Positions 25,142-35,884 of a stretch of 64,000 nucleotides of DNA are shown here, in pieces. Below the pieces are notes generated by a model that searched no databases, was not told the origin of the DNA, and saw nothing but the letters and a program-made list of their open reading frames with translations. The DNA lies in contig CM000150.2 in assembly GCA_000004695.1 (NCBI GenBank), positions 2,656,001-2,720,000 on the forward strand, in the 5' to 3' direction. The DNA comes from Dictyostelium discoideum (Eukaryota). The position numbers were made by a program, and so were the translations under genes. Every line of letters starts with the position of its first letter. The first letter of the stretch is position 1.

Positions 25142-25466
25142 TTAAAAAATATATAAATAACTATCACGTTTACCACCTTCAAAAAATCCTTGAACACCAC
25201 CATTTAATGCACCAACAACAACTCCATTTGTAAATCCAATTAGAAATCCTAAAACTCCACCAATTGGATTAAATCCTTGTGATTTATTTCTACCAAAATT
25301 ATTATTTGACGAAGTTTCATTAATAATTTTTTGAGTTGAATTTGATTTTAATGATCCAATTTTAGAAATAGATTCTGATTAATATAAAATAAAATAAAAA
25401 ATGTTAATAATTTTTTTTAAAAAAAAAAAAAATTTAAATTTTATAATACTTACCAATGATGGTCAT
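25142..25466 (-). CDS. Hypothetical small (about 81 aa) Gly-rich membrane protein. It has 2 exons (25466..25454, 25374..25142).
   Basis: On the minus strand, ATGACCATCATTG is followed by a canonical GTAAGT donor, and an acceptor ...ttaatcag|AATC joins it to an open frame ...GFNPIGGVLGFLIGFTNGVVVGALNGGVQGFFEGGKRDSYLYIF*. This segment is a glycine-zipper-like hydrophobic stretch. The gene is absent from the ORF track because exon 1 is tiny. I rate it low confidence. Confidence 0.25.
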
Positions 25467-25540
25467 TTTATTTAATATTTATATTGGAAGACTAAATTGT
25501 ACAGATTATAGATATTAAAAAAAAAATTAAGAATTTATAC

Positions 25541-25571
<31 letters not shown>

Positions 25572-26631
25572 AAATATAAGAAAAAAAAAAAAAGTGGGTG
25601 ATTAAATCCGATTTAAGATTATTAAATAGAAATAATTGATTAGTCAGACTTTTAGTTTTTTAAATAATTTTATTTTTTGTATTTTTTTATATTTTTTTTT
25701 ATTTTTTTTTATTTTTTTTTTTTTTTATTTTGTTGAAGGTATATATAGTTGGTTATACCATTTGTTTTTTATTTAAATTTTTTTTTAATTTTTTACCCCA
25801 CTTATATAAATTTGGGAAAAATAAAATCGAGTTAAACTCAAGAAATATTTATATTAATTATAATGGGTTTTTTTTTTATTTATTTTTCATTTAAATAACT
25901 ATAGGATTTTTCTTATGATTAAGAAAAGATTAAAAATATCTGTACTTTAATGAACTAAAATATATTATGAATATTATTCCTTTTCTTATAATTAATGTAA
26001 ATAAATATTAAGAAAAAAACAATTTTATATTAATATATAAAATATTAATAATTTATTTTTAATTTTTTTAATTTTACTTTACTTAACAATGATTTAATTT
26101 TATTTATTTTTAATATGAATTTAGTATAGATAAATTGAGAGCACAAAAATACACAAAATCATATAAAATATTTATAAATTTAATGTTATCATTCTGTTTT
26201 TTTGATTAATATAATTTTTTTTTAATTTAAAAATTTTAATTTTAGAATTTAACTATTTATGATTAGGTACATGTTTAACAGGTTTAACAATTTGTTTAGG
26301 TTTAACAATTTCTTAAGGTTCAACAGGTTCATTTGGTTCATCCAACTCACAATAATATTAATAGCTTAAATCCATAATCTATTCTTAAATCAATATGGCA
26401 CTATCATTTTTATCCATTTTTATTATGTGTTTTTCAAATGATAATATTCAATAAGTTTTACAATATTTAATTTTTAAAAATAATAAAAAATTTCTTATCC
26501 AATAATTTAATTTTTTATTATCACCAATCAATCCTTATTAAGTAAAATGACATAGGTTTTTTAAATTCCAGATAAATGGGTACCAATGAAAATCAAGAGA
26601 AAAATACAATGATATTGATAAATTTGTAATA

Positions 26632-26632
26632 A

Positions 26633-26679
<47 letters not shown>

Positions 26680-26692
26680 AATATTATAATGT
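26632..26692. repeat. (AAAT)n microsatellite with about 14 units.
   Basis: aaataaataaat... is seen directly. Confidence 0.9.
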
Positions 26693-26746
26693 TGTTACTT
26701 GATTATTATTATTTTTTTTTTTTATTTATAAAATATAAAATTTTAT

Positions 26747-27218
26747 TTATTTTGTTGGTAAAACTTTATAAGGATTTAAAATATTATTTGGATCCATTGT
26801 ATTTTTAATTGATTTCATTAAATTAATTGAATTATTTGATTTTGAATAATGAAGGAAATCAGGTTTCATTAAACCAACACCATGTTCAGCACTGATTGAA
26901 CCACGATGTTCACTTGTATATTCATAAACAAATGGTTCAATCATATCGAAAATTTCTTTACTATATGGTTTCTTTGGTGTTGAAATATTTAAATGTAAAT
27001 TTCCATCACCAACATGACCAAATCCAACTACATTTGCTTTATCATCAAATTTAGCTCTCATTAATTCTACAATTGAATAAAATTGTTCAATTGGTAATGA
27101 TAAATCGTATTTATAAACTGCACCTTCTTTACCTAATGATTCTGTAATTGATTCTCTAAATTTCCAAAATGCTGATATCTAATTTTATTAAAATAAAATA
27201 AAAAAATAATATGTTAAT

Positions 27219-27259
<41 letters not shown>

Positions 27260-28442
27260 CTTAAAAAAACATACATTTTTTGAATCAGTCGCTAAAGAAC
27301 CATCAATAATTAAATTTTCAGCCATAATTGATTCTAAGAAATTATTTAATTTCTCAGAATCATGAGTTTCATTGAAACCAGAAGTTTCTAATAAAATATA
27401 GAATGGTGATTTCTCTTGGAAAGGATCTTGAACTTGTTGGTGTTTTAAAACCAAATCTATACAAGGTCTATCCATAAATTCAAAAGCTGATAAAATATCA
27501 CCCAATTGTGATTTTGCACGTGATAAAACAGTTTTAACTTGATTGAAATCTTGACATGCGAAAAGACCAACATTAACACTTGTTGGTTTTGGTGGTGTAA
27601 TCATTGACACCTTTGTGACAATACCCAAAGTACCTTCAGATCCAATGAAAAGTTGTTTTAAATCGTAGCCTGTGTTATCCTTTCTAAGAGTTGAAAGACA
27701 ATCTAAAATGGTACCATCAGCTAAAACTGCCTCTACACCTAAAACATTACCATGTAATGATCCATAACGTAATAAACGAATACCACCTGCATTGGTTGAT
27801 ACATTACCACCTATTTGACAACTACCTTTTGCACCCAAATCCAATGGCACAGTATATCCCATTGGTGTTAAATAATTCTCTATCGTCTCTAATACTGTAC
27901 CTGCTTGACATACAACCACACCCGTAACTGGGTCAAATTTTTCAATCTTATTCATATTACTCAATGATAATATAATTTCATCATGTACTGGTACACTTCC
28001 TCCTACCATACCTGTATTACCACCTTGTGGTACAACTGCAATTCTTTATTATTGTTATTAATTATTATTATTAGATTTATTAATTATTATTAGGTTTATT
28101 AATTTTTTTTTTTTTTTAAATTTTAATTTATAAAAAAAAAAAAGTTTACTTTTTATCATTACAATATTTTAAAATTTTTGAAACTTGATCGGTTGTTTTT
28201 GGTTTTAAAACTAAATTACTGTTACCTTTATATTTTCTCATCCAATCTTGATTGAAACCATCAATATCTGATGGATCGGTTAAAATTGAATGTGTATCTA
28301 AAATGGTTTTAAAATGTTCAATATCATCATTATTAATTATTGCATATGATGAGTCTCTGCTTGGTTTTGCTTGACTACTATAAAATAATTTATTATTAAA
28401 CAATTTATTTTGTAAACATTTATTTAGTCCATTTCTAATCAT
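26747..28442 (-). CDS. d2hgdh: D-2-hydroxyglutarate dehydrogenase-like FAD-linked oxidase, mitochondrial. It has 3 exons (28442..28150, 28043..27275, 27178..26747) and is about 497 aa.
   Basis: The three track ORFs are joined by AA|GTAAAC -> aataaag|A (intron 1) and AAT|GTATGT -> aaattag|ATA (intron 2), with the phases verified against the ORF-track coordinates. The N-terminus has a basic presequence, and the FAD-binding PCMH domain ([16 protein letters not shown]...[18 protein letters not shown]) follows it. The C-terminus carries the HGVG motif ([18 protein letters not shown]). Confidence 0.8.
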
Positions 28443-28475
28443 TTTATTGTTGTGTGGTTTATGTCCGAATGGCTG

Positions 28476-28510
<35 letters not shown>

Positions 28511-28806
28511 AAAAAATGTAAATATAAAAAATGTAAAAATAAAAAATTTTAAAAAATATCTTTTTATAAAACTATGCAACTGGTTTGTTGTTTATTAAGT
28601 GTTAACTTATGTTTTTTATTTTTATTAAAAGACATACATTTATATCATTTTAATTCTTTTTTTTTTAATATTTTTATTTTTTTTTTTTAATCGGGAGCTG
28701 AAACATTTCTTTAAAAAAGTTATCAAAAAAAAAAATAATGTACAAAAAACAATTATACACAAAATTTATATATAAATATTGGAATAAATTAGTATATAAA
28801 AAACTA

Positions 28807-29147
28807 ATTTTTTTTTTTTTTTTTTTTTTTTTTTTGAATTGGATAACGCAATTATTATTTGCTTCTCCTTGAGATGCTAGATCTCATTTTATTTTTTTTT
28901 TTTTTTTACAGGGTCTTTTTGATTAAAACATCTTTTTTGTCCAAACTTTTTTCTAAATCTTTTTTTATTTTATCGTCTGGTTCGTGATTGATGTTTATGA
29001 CGTATTTGAATTGTTTTTTTTTTAATTGAGTTTTATCCACAATTTCGCTTATTTTTTGTAGGCATTTGTGTTGCTTAATATTTGTGGTGTTGTTTGTGAT
29101 TTTCATTTTATTTTCTTTCTATCTTTTTTAATTTTCTGAATAACTTG

Positions 29148-29208
<61 letters not shown>

Positions 29209-30909
29209 TTATAGAAAGTACTGAGTGAATTATTGTATTTTTTGAGATGTTTAGGAAGTTCTATTGCGGGTGTTGATGATGATTTGTGACACCCCTTGTC
29301 CTGTTTTATCAATTGGTGCGTGGTGTGTTATTTTGTTTTTATATTGTTGATTTATTGAGTAAATTTTATTTGTTTTTATATTTGTTTCAGTTAGAAGTGC
29401 TGCGTCCAGCTTGTTGTTGTCTAAAACGGTGTTTATTATGCTGGCAGATTGGATGGTGTTGGATCCTTGGACGTTCCAAACACCTATTCTTATTGTGTTT
29501 TTCTTTATAGTTTTATTTGGGGTAGATTTTTATCTACCTTTTGAAGTTTCTGGTTTATTTTGTCTTCTAACTGATCTTTACTTTGTTCGTTGTGTTGTTG
29601 GTCTTGTGTGTTTGTGGGGTTTTTTGATTTATTGATTTGTTTTAGAATTTCCTTGTTGAAGTTGTCTATATCTTCATCCATTTTTGTTTTTATGCTTTTT
29701 TGTCCATATTCACCCAATTTTGGTTTGACTGGTGTTTTGTTGGTCTTGTTTGTTTTGTCTTGTTGTTTCTTTTTTGGTGTGTTTAACAATTTACTTGGTG
29801 AATCGATAATTTTCGATGGTGTACCATAGGTTGGGCTGAAACTCATGATATGTTTTATTGGAGAGGAGAAGAACCATTGATTTGAAGGGATTGAAAGTGG
29901 GAATTCTATTTTTCTTATTGCATCAGTGTTTGGGCTGGTGAAGTCGAAGATATCATTTGCCTCTCTAAGTTTTTCTTCCGTTGTTAGTCCCTTTGTTTCG
30001 CCGTGTTGTTTTATTGGTGTATTGTATGGAGATGGTGGTTCGATAGGTTTTTCTGATTTTGTTTTAATTTCTTGAATGTTACGATGGTGAAATGATCTCA
30101 TTCTTAATTCTGTTAGTTCATCCACGTTTTTAGTGATGCTTCTATTACCTTTGAGCTGTATCATCTAGGGCCATAAATGTTTTATCATTAGATGAGGATG
30201 TGATTGGTGGAATAATGATTGTTCTTTTTCCTTGTTTTGGTATTTGTTCTGATGTAGATTGTGGTTGTTGTTCATCTGATTGTTTTTTATTTTTGTTTTC
30301 TTCTTGATTTTCTGGTAATGAGGTTTGATCTCTCCATCCTTTGTTGGAGTGTCCAATTAATGTTAGATTGTCTAGTTCAATGATAGTGTCAAATTCTTCT
30401 ACGACTCTTTTCACTGTTTTGATAATTAGAGTTTCGCCTTTAATTTCTGATTTAATTAGTTTACATCCTTCATTTTCTATTACCCATTCTATTTCTGTGA
30501 GTGATTTATACCAATCAAAATCTGTATACATATTTTTTGGTCTTATAGTGGTTATAAATTGTCCTTTTAATTCTGCATCAAACATATTTACAAAATAGAT
30601 TACTGTACTAATACTGTCTGTGAGAATTTTGAATGTATTATTACTTTTGATTAAAACATCTTTTTTGTCCAAACTTTTTTCTAAATCTTTTTTTATTTTA
30701 TCGTCTGGTTCGTGATTGATGTTTATGACGTATTTGAATTGTTTTTTTTTTAATTGAGTTTTATCCACAATTTCGCTTATTTTTTGTAGGCATTTGTGTT
30801 GCTTAATATTTGTGGTGTTGTTTGTGATTTTCATTTTATTTTCTTTCTATCTTTTTTATTTTTCTTTAAAAAGTTAAAAATCTGGAAATTTTCTAATTAA
30901 CTTGGTTCC

Positions 30910-30960
<51 letters not shown>

Positions 30961-31228
30961 GTCTTTTTTATATGAAAAATGAAATAATCAAAAAAAGAGA
31001 TTGTTGTTGTTGTTTGTTTTTTTCGATCTGATTATTTTTTGCTTTTTTTTTGAAAATTTTGCTACGCAAAATTCTCAAAACGAAACAAATAATAAATTAC
31101 AATAAAGTAAAAAGATGGCTTTTTAAAATAGTTTATTTATTTATTTATTTGTTTTTTAAGTCTTTTTTATATGAAAAATGAAATAATCAAAAAAAGAGAT
31201 TGTTGTTGTTGTTTGTTTTTTTCGATCT
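28807..31228 (-). mobile_element. TRE5-A non-LTR retrotransposon copy with nearly all of ORF2 deleted (TRE5-A.2-like, about 2.4 kb).
   Basis: It is collinear with the full-length copy, comprising the C-module end, a B-module with the ORF1 start (MKITNNTTNIKQHKC...), a poly(A) run, the last 60 bp of ORF2 fused directly to the first bases of ORF2, the ORF1 region and tandem A-modules. Its 5' (A-module) end at 31228 lies about 50 bp upstream of tRNA-Glu. Confidence 0.75.
29505..30834 (-). pseudogene. TRE5-A ORF1, frameshifted into 229-aa and 219-aa pieces.
   Basis: Track ORFs 30145..30834 and 29505..30164 are each near-identical to parts of the 444-aa ORF1 of the full-length copy (39319..40653). 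A frame break lies between them. Confidence 0.6.
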
Positions 31229-31278
31229 CTATAAAAAACTAATTTATTCCAGTATTGAAATTAGAATTTTCAACTAAA

Positions 31279-31350
31279 TCCTCATTGGTGTAGTCGGTAA
31301 CACTCTAGTCTTTCACACTGGTACCTCGGGTTCGATTCCCGAATGGGGAG
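31279..31350 (+). tRNA. tRNA-Glu (anticodon UUC).
   Basis: It forms a cloverleaf, with a 7-bp acceptor stem (TCCTCAT/ATGGGGA), the T-arm CGGGTTCGATTCCCG and the anticodon loop CTTTCAC. A T8 run follows immediately. A reverse-complement copy lies at 42672..42743. Confidence 0.9.
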
Positions 31351-31352
31351 CG

Positions 31353-31360
31353 TTTTTTTT
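31353..31360 (+). terminator. Pol III oligo(T) terminator for tRNA-Glu.
   Basis: A T8 run sits 2 nt after the tRNA 3' end. Confidence 0.6.
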
Positions 31361-31380
31361 ACCCAAAATATTGGATCGCG

Positions 31381-31389
31381 GGTTCGATG
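31381..31389 (+). promoter_or_regulatory. External B box (ex-B) downstream of tRNA-Glu.
   Basis: GGTTCGATG lies about 30 bp past the tRNA end. Dictyostelium tRNA genes characteristically carry a second, B-box-like element (GGTTCGAATCC) at this spacing. Analogous copies follow tRNA-Lys (ggttcaattct, about 41200) and the minus-strand tRNA-Glu (gcatgttcgactcc, about 42625-42640). Confidence 0.45.
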
Positions 31390-31580
31390 TTTGGATAAAA
31401 AATGTAAAGAATTTCGTAAATTTGAAAATAAAAAATAATAAAAATAAAATAAAAACAATTTTTCGTTTGATGAAAAGTTCAGTTTTCAGAATATTTTCAC
31501 ATAATAAACATTCGCAAAATTTTACTTAATTATTTGATTATTTATTATTTTACTAAACTTAATTTAATTTATATATATTT

Positions 31581-31777
31581 ATCTTTAACAAAAATAGAAA
31601 AGAGTGGTCTAAAAAAAAAAAAAAATGAAACTCCTTTTTTATAAAATCAAAATTTTGTATCTGAAAACTAAAATAATATCTTTAACAAAAATAGAAAAGA
31701 GTGGTCAAAAAAAAAAAAAAAAAATGAAACTCCTTTTTTATAAAATCAAAATTTTGTATTTGAAAACTAAAATAATA
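31581..31777 (+). repeat. Tandem direct repeat of 2 x about 98 bp.
   Basis: The unit atctttaacaaaaatagaaaagagtggtc-A(n)-tgaaactccttttttataaaatcaaaattttgtatYtgaaaactaaaataat occurs twice in tandem, with only about 3 differences. It lies about 230 bp downstream of tRNA-Glu. Confidence 0.8.
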
Positions 31778-31897
31778 TCTGTATTTAAATCTCTTTCTCA
31801 GACCAATTAATAGGCTTATTTATCAATATTAAAAAAAAAAATCATGTGTTATGGATCACATTTTAAAAAATGAACTTTAATTTTAAAACAATTATTT

Positions 31898-32388
31898 TTA
31901 TTCAAAAGTTATTACAGGGTATATTTTCCAAATCCTTAAGGGGAAAATCATTTTAAATTTATAACTTTGGTGGTAAATCGCTTGTATCTCTCTTGAAAAA
32001 ATAACATTACTCTGAAATATTACTTCAATGGGACTAATTGTATTACCAATATACACTTTTGAAAGATGATTATACTTTGAAATTGGTACCTTGGTTTCGT
32101 GTCTAAAGCCGTTTAAAAAGTATAAAGTATGTATACCATGTCCTATTGCTTGTTGGGGAAGAGGTTGAATAATATCTCCAATGTAGACATTTTTAACAGA
32201 AAGTGGAATGGTTCCCATCGTTATATTTAAATTTAGACCATCTAAAAGGAAAAAAGTATGAACAGATCCAGGAATTAGTTCTTTATCAAAAAATTTAATA
32301 ATTCCACCAAGTGCAACACAACTTATTCCATATGGAACTGGGCATCCTTCTTGAAAATAAAAGAATTCTACACCATCGATTTTAATTG

Positions 32389-32419
<31 letters not shown>

Positions 32420-32690
32420 AAAAAATAAATACAAAAGTTAATATTAATAATTATTTTCTATTTTTATAATTATTTAAATTTTTTTTAAATTACCAGAGAT
32501 ATTTGGATGGTATATAGAACCCTTTTCAACAACAACAGTTTTATTAATATTTTCTTGAATAGATTTAATCTCATCTCCAAAGGTAACATTAGTTTTATGA
32601 TACCCACATAATAAATTCTTTTTTTGTTCTTTCTCTTTTACAATTAATATAGATTGATATGAATGTTTTAATATTTCTAAATGTTTTAAT

Positions 32691-32739
<49 letters not shown>

Positions 32740-33235
32740 ATAGTTGTATAATATCAATAGTATTAAGAGAGTTTTTATATTTTTCAGTTATTAAATCAAT
32801 AGTTTTTAATTCATTTTCTAATAAATTTTTAATGGTTGAGTTATTTTCTTCATTCTGTTCTAAACATGTAATTAATTGTCTAATTTTATCTTTTTCTTGA
32901 GTTTCTAATATGTTACGTAATTGTTTGAATGTATATTCTATCTTTTCTAAATATTCAGTATGATTGGCTTCAATCTCTTTATAAATTTTATTTGATTTAG
33001 TTTCTAATTTTTCATTTTCTTTTTTACATTCTAATAGTTGATTGTAATTTTCATCTTTGAAAATATTGAAAATCATTAATGTATTCTCTGAATTAATCTT
33101 TTCAACTTTATGTCCCCTGTGATGCTCGTCGCTATATATACATTCCATACATATTCCAACCTTACATTCTGAACAAATTGAACATATTATTGATTCATTA
33201 TGAAATACACATGTATTATCAAAATTAATATCCAT
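31898..33235 (-). CDS. B-box zinc-finger / coiled-coil (TRIM-like) protein. It has 2 exons (33235..32494, 32394..31898) and is about 412 aa.
   Basis: The N-terminal Cys/His cluster CSICSECKVGICMECIYSDEHHRGHKV is a B-box-type zinc finger, and a long coiled-coil region follows it. The donor TCTG|GTAATT and the acceptor aaaaag|AG (phase 1) link it to the 178-aa downstream ORF, whose frame I verified against the track coordinates. The second exon is Gly/Ile-rich and I could not assign it a domain. Confidence 0.55.
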
Positions 33236-33529
33236 TTTATAACTCTATGCTTTGTAGAGACACAAAGAAAAAAAATAAACTATGAAAATTCTATTAACCA
33301 AAACTTAAAAACATCAAAACAACCCACCAAAAAAAAAAATTTTTAAATTTTTAATTTTTTCAACCGTCTAAAAATTTTTAGATTTTTCACTTAATGGTCA
33401 TACAACAATAAAAATTAATTTATGATCGGATTAAAATAATGGTAAAGATTATTTTTTTTTTATTTTTTATTTTTATTTTTATTTTTTTTTATGAGATTTA
33501 GATTTGTAATTTTAATTTTTCAATTATTT

Positions 33530-34085
33530 TTAAAGATTCATCGACATGAGAAGTTGAACTGAGTAAACCATCATGAATACTGCCATAAATCCATGTTTAT
33601 CAATAATAAATGTTTTTCTACCTGGTAATAATATACCATTAACACCATATAATTTAGCTAATTTACTATGTTTATCTGTTAATAATGTGAATGGTAATGA
33701 ATATTTTGAAACGAATGATTTATGACTATCTTCACCATCACTACTGACTCCAATTACTTCTGCACCTGCTTCTATAGATTTTTGATATTTATCTCTAAAT
33801 TCGCAACTCTCTATATATGGTGATATTATTATAATATTAAAAGATATTATGTTAAATTATTAGTATCATTTTTATAAAAAAAAAATATATTTATATTTAT
33901 ATATATATATATTACAATAATATTAATTAACTTACCTTTTGACATTCTGGACTATTATCTTTTGGATAAAAGTATAAAACAATTGGTTGACTCTTTTCTT
34001 TAAATTCTTTTAATGTGACTATTTGACCTAAATAATTTTTAGCTTCAAAATCTGGTGCAATATTTCCAACTTTTAATTTTGTCAT
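33530..34085 (-). CDS. Peroxiredoxin of the BCP/PrxQ type. It has 2 exons (34085..33936, 33808..33530). The 3' end carries an apparent frameshift, and the conserved C-terminus would be reached in the -1 frame, ending at 33498.
   Basis: Exon 1 (MTKLKVGNIAPDFEAKNYLGQIVTLKEFKEKSQPIVLYFYPKDNSPECQK) has an AAG|GTAAGT donor. Exon 2 (SCEFRDKYQKSIEAGAEVIGVSSDGEDSHKSFVSKYSLPFTLLTDKHSKLAKLYGVNGILLPGRKTFIIDKHG...) carries the Prx motif with the peroxidatic Cys in PEC and the resolving Cys 5 residues later. After IIDKHGF the annotated frame reads hydrophobic nonsense, whereas the other frame reads IYGSIHDGLLSSTSHVDESLKIIEKLKLQI*, which is a conserved-looking tail. Confidence 0.6.
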
Positions 34086-34487
34086 TTTTTTATTTATAAT
34101 TTTTTTTTTTTTTTAAATAAATGATTTTTTAATTTATGATTATTAATTTATGATTATTAATTTATAATTTTAAAAAAGTGATTGATAGTATCAATTATAT
34201 TTAGTCAATCAAATATAAATTTAAATATATAATTAGAATTAAAATTATTTAAGTTTGAATATTAAAAAATAAATTCTAAAAATTTAAATAAACATTCATT
34301 TAAAGAATCTAAATAATTCGATATCATTTTAGAATGTTTTATTAATAGTTGGGAGTGTGGATAGAACATCAACAGAGATGATTGTGACATTGATTCACTG
34401 AAAAAAAAAAAAAAAAAATATTGAGAATGTTAATTTAAATAAAATCGATACTTTTAATAATAATAAACAAAATTATAACTAAAAAAC

Positions 34488-35078
34488 CCACTTTTTTTTT
34501 TTTTGATTTGTAAAAAATCCCACTTTTTTTTTTTTTTTTTGAATTGGATAATGCAATTATCAGTTTTTTCTCCTTGAGATGCTAGATCTCATTTTATTTG
34601 TAGTATTTTTTACAGGGTCTCTAAAAGAGGGGTTAGTTTACCTTTTTTTTTTTTTTTTTTTGGAATTTTGAATTGTATTATTACTTTTGATTAAAACATC
34701 TTTTTTGTCCAAACTTTCTAAATCTTATTTTATTTTATCGTCGGCTTCGTGATTGATGTTGACGACATATTTGAATTGTTTTTTTTTTAATTTGAATTTT
34801 GTCTACAATTTCGCTTATTTTTTGTAGGCATTTGTATTGCTTAATATTTGTGGTGATGTTTGTAATTTTCATCTTATTTTCTTTCTATTTTTTTATTTTA
34901 CTTTAAAAAGTTAAAAATTTGGAAATTTTCTGATTAACTTGGGTTCCCAGGTTATTTTTTTATTTTTTTTTTTTTTATTTTTTTATTTTTTTATTTTTTA
35001 TTTTTATTTATAGAGAGTACTGAGTGAATAATTGTATTTTTTGAGATGTTTTGGGGTTCTATTGCGTGAAGAGGTGAG
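34488..35078 (-). mobile_element. 5'-truncated TRE5-A fragment comprising the ORF2 3' end, a B-module with the ORF1 start, and the C-module.
   Basis: Positions 34990..35078 repeat the last 90 bp of ORF2 (compare 35883..35990). Positions 34664..34990 repeat the B-module and the MKITNN... start with a few substitutions. Positions 34488..34660 repeat the C-module end (gaattggataaYgcaattat...ctccttgagatgctagatctcatttta) with oligo(A) and a gtggg terminus. Confidence 0.6.
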
Positions 35079-35271
35079 TTCCATTGTCTGCTAAATTGTA
35101 ACCAACGGCTTCGCTTGTGCCGTACTGGGGTGTCCTGTCGGCCGTTTGTGCCGTGGGATGGTATTGAAAACTACCTCCCCAGATTCGGTGTATTGTAATC
35201 CTCATTTCGGAGTTTTTTAGTTACGATACTTATTGGTCTGGTTATACATGTCTGAGGAAATTTTTACTTTA

Positions 35272-35460
35272 ACCCACTTTTTTTTTTTTTTAATTGGATA
35301 ACGCAATTATTATTTGCTTCTCCTTGAGATGCTGGATATTTATTTTATTTTTGCTTTAACCCACTTTTTTTTTTTTTTTTTTTTTTTTTTTTGAATTGGA
35401 TAACGCAATTATTATTTGCTTCTCCTTGAGATGCTAGATCTCATTTTATTTTATTTTTTT
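35272..35460 (-). repeat. Tandem duplication of the terminal 90 bp of the TRE5-A C-module (2 copies), in addition to the regular C-module.
   Basis: The sequence cccac-T(n)-(g)aattggataacgcaattattatttgcttctccttgagatgctRgatMt...attttatttt appears at 35274-35345, at 35349-35455 and again in the C-module proper, for three in total. The fragment at 34488-34600 also carries two cccac-T(n) starts. Confidence 0.55.
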
Positions 35461-35816
35461 TTTTTTTTTTACAGGGTCTCTAAAAGAGGGGTTAGTTTAC
35501 TTTTTTTTTTTTTTTTTTTTTTTTGTTTCGAATTTTGAATTGTATTATTACTTTTGATTAAAACATCTTTTTTGTCCAAACTTTTTTCTAAATCTTTTTT
35601 TATTTTATCGTCTGGTTCGTGATTGATGTTTATGACGTATTTGAATTGTTTTTTTTTTAATTGAGTTTTATCCACAATTTCGCTTATTTTTTGTAGGCAT
35701 TTGTGTTGCTTAATATTTGTGGTGTTGTTTGTGATTTTCATTTTATTTTCTTTCTATTTTTTATATTTTTCTTTAAAAAGTTAAAAATCTGGAAATTTTC
35801 TGATTAACTTGGTTCC

Positions 35817-35884
<68 letters not shown>

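Noticed and set aside
31625-31810. A 61-aa ORF, MKLLFYKIKILYLKTKIIS...
   Set aside because: Its internal duplication simply mirrors the 98-bp tandem DNA repeat. It has low complexity and no support.
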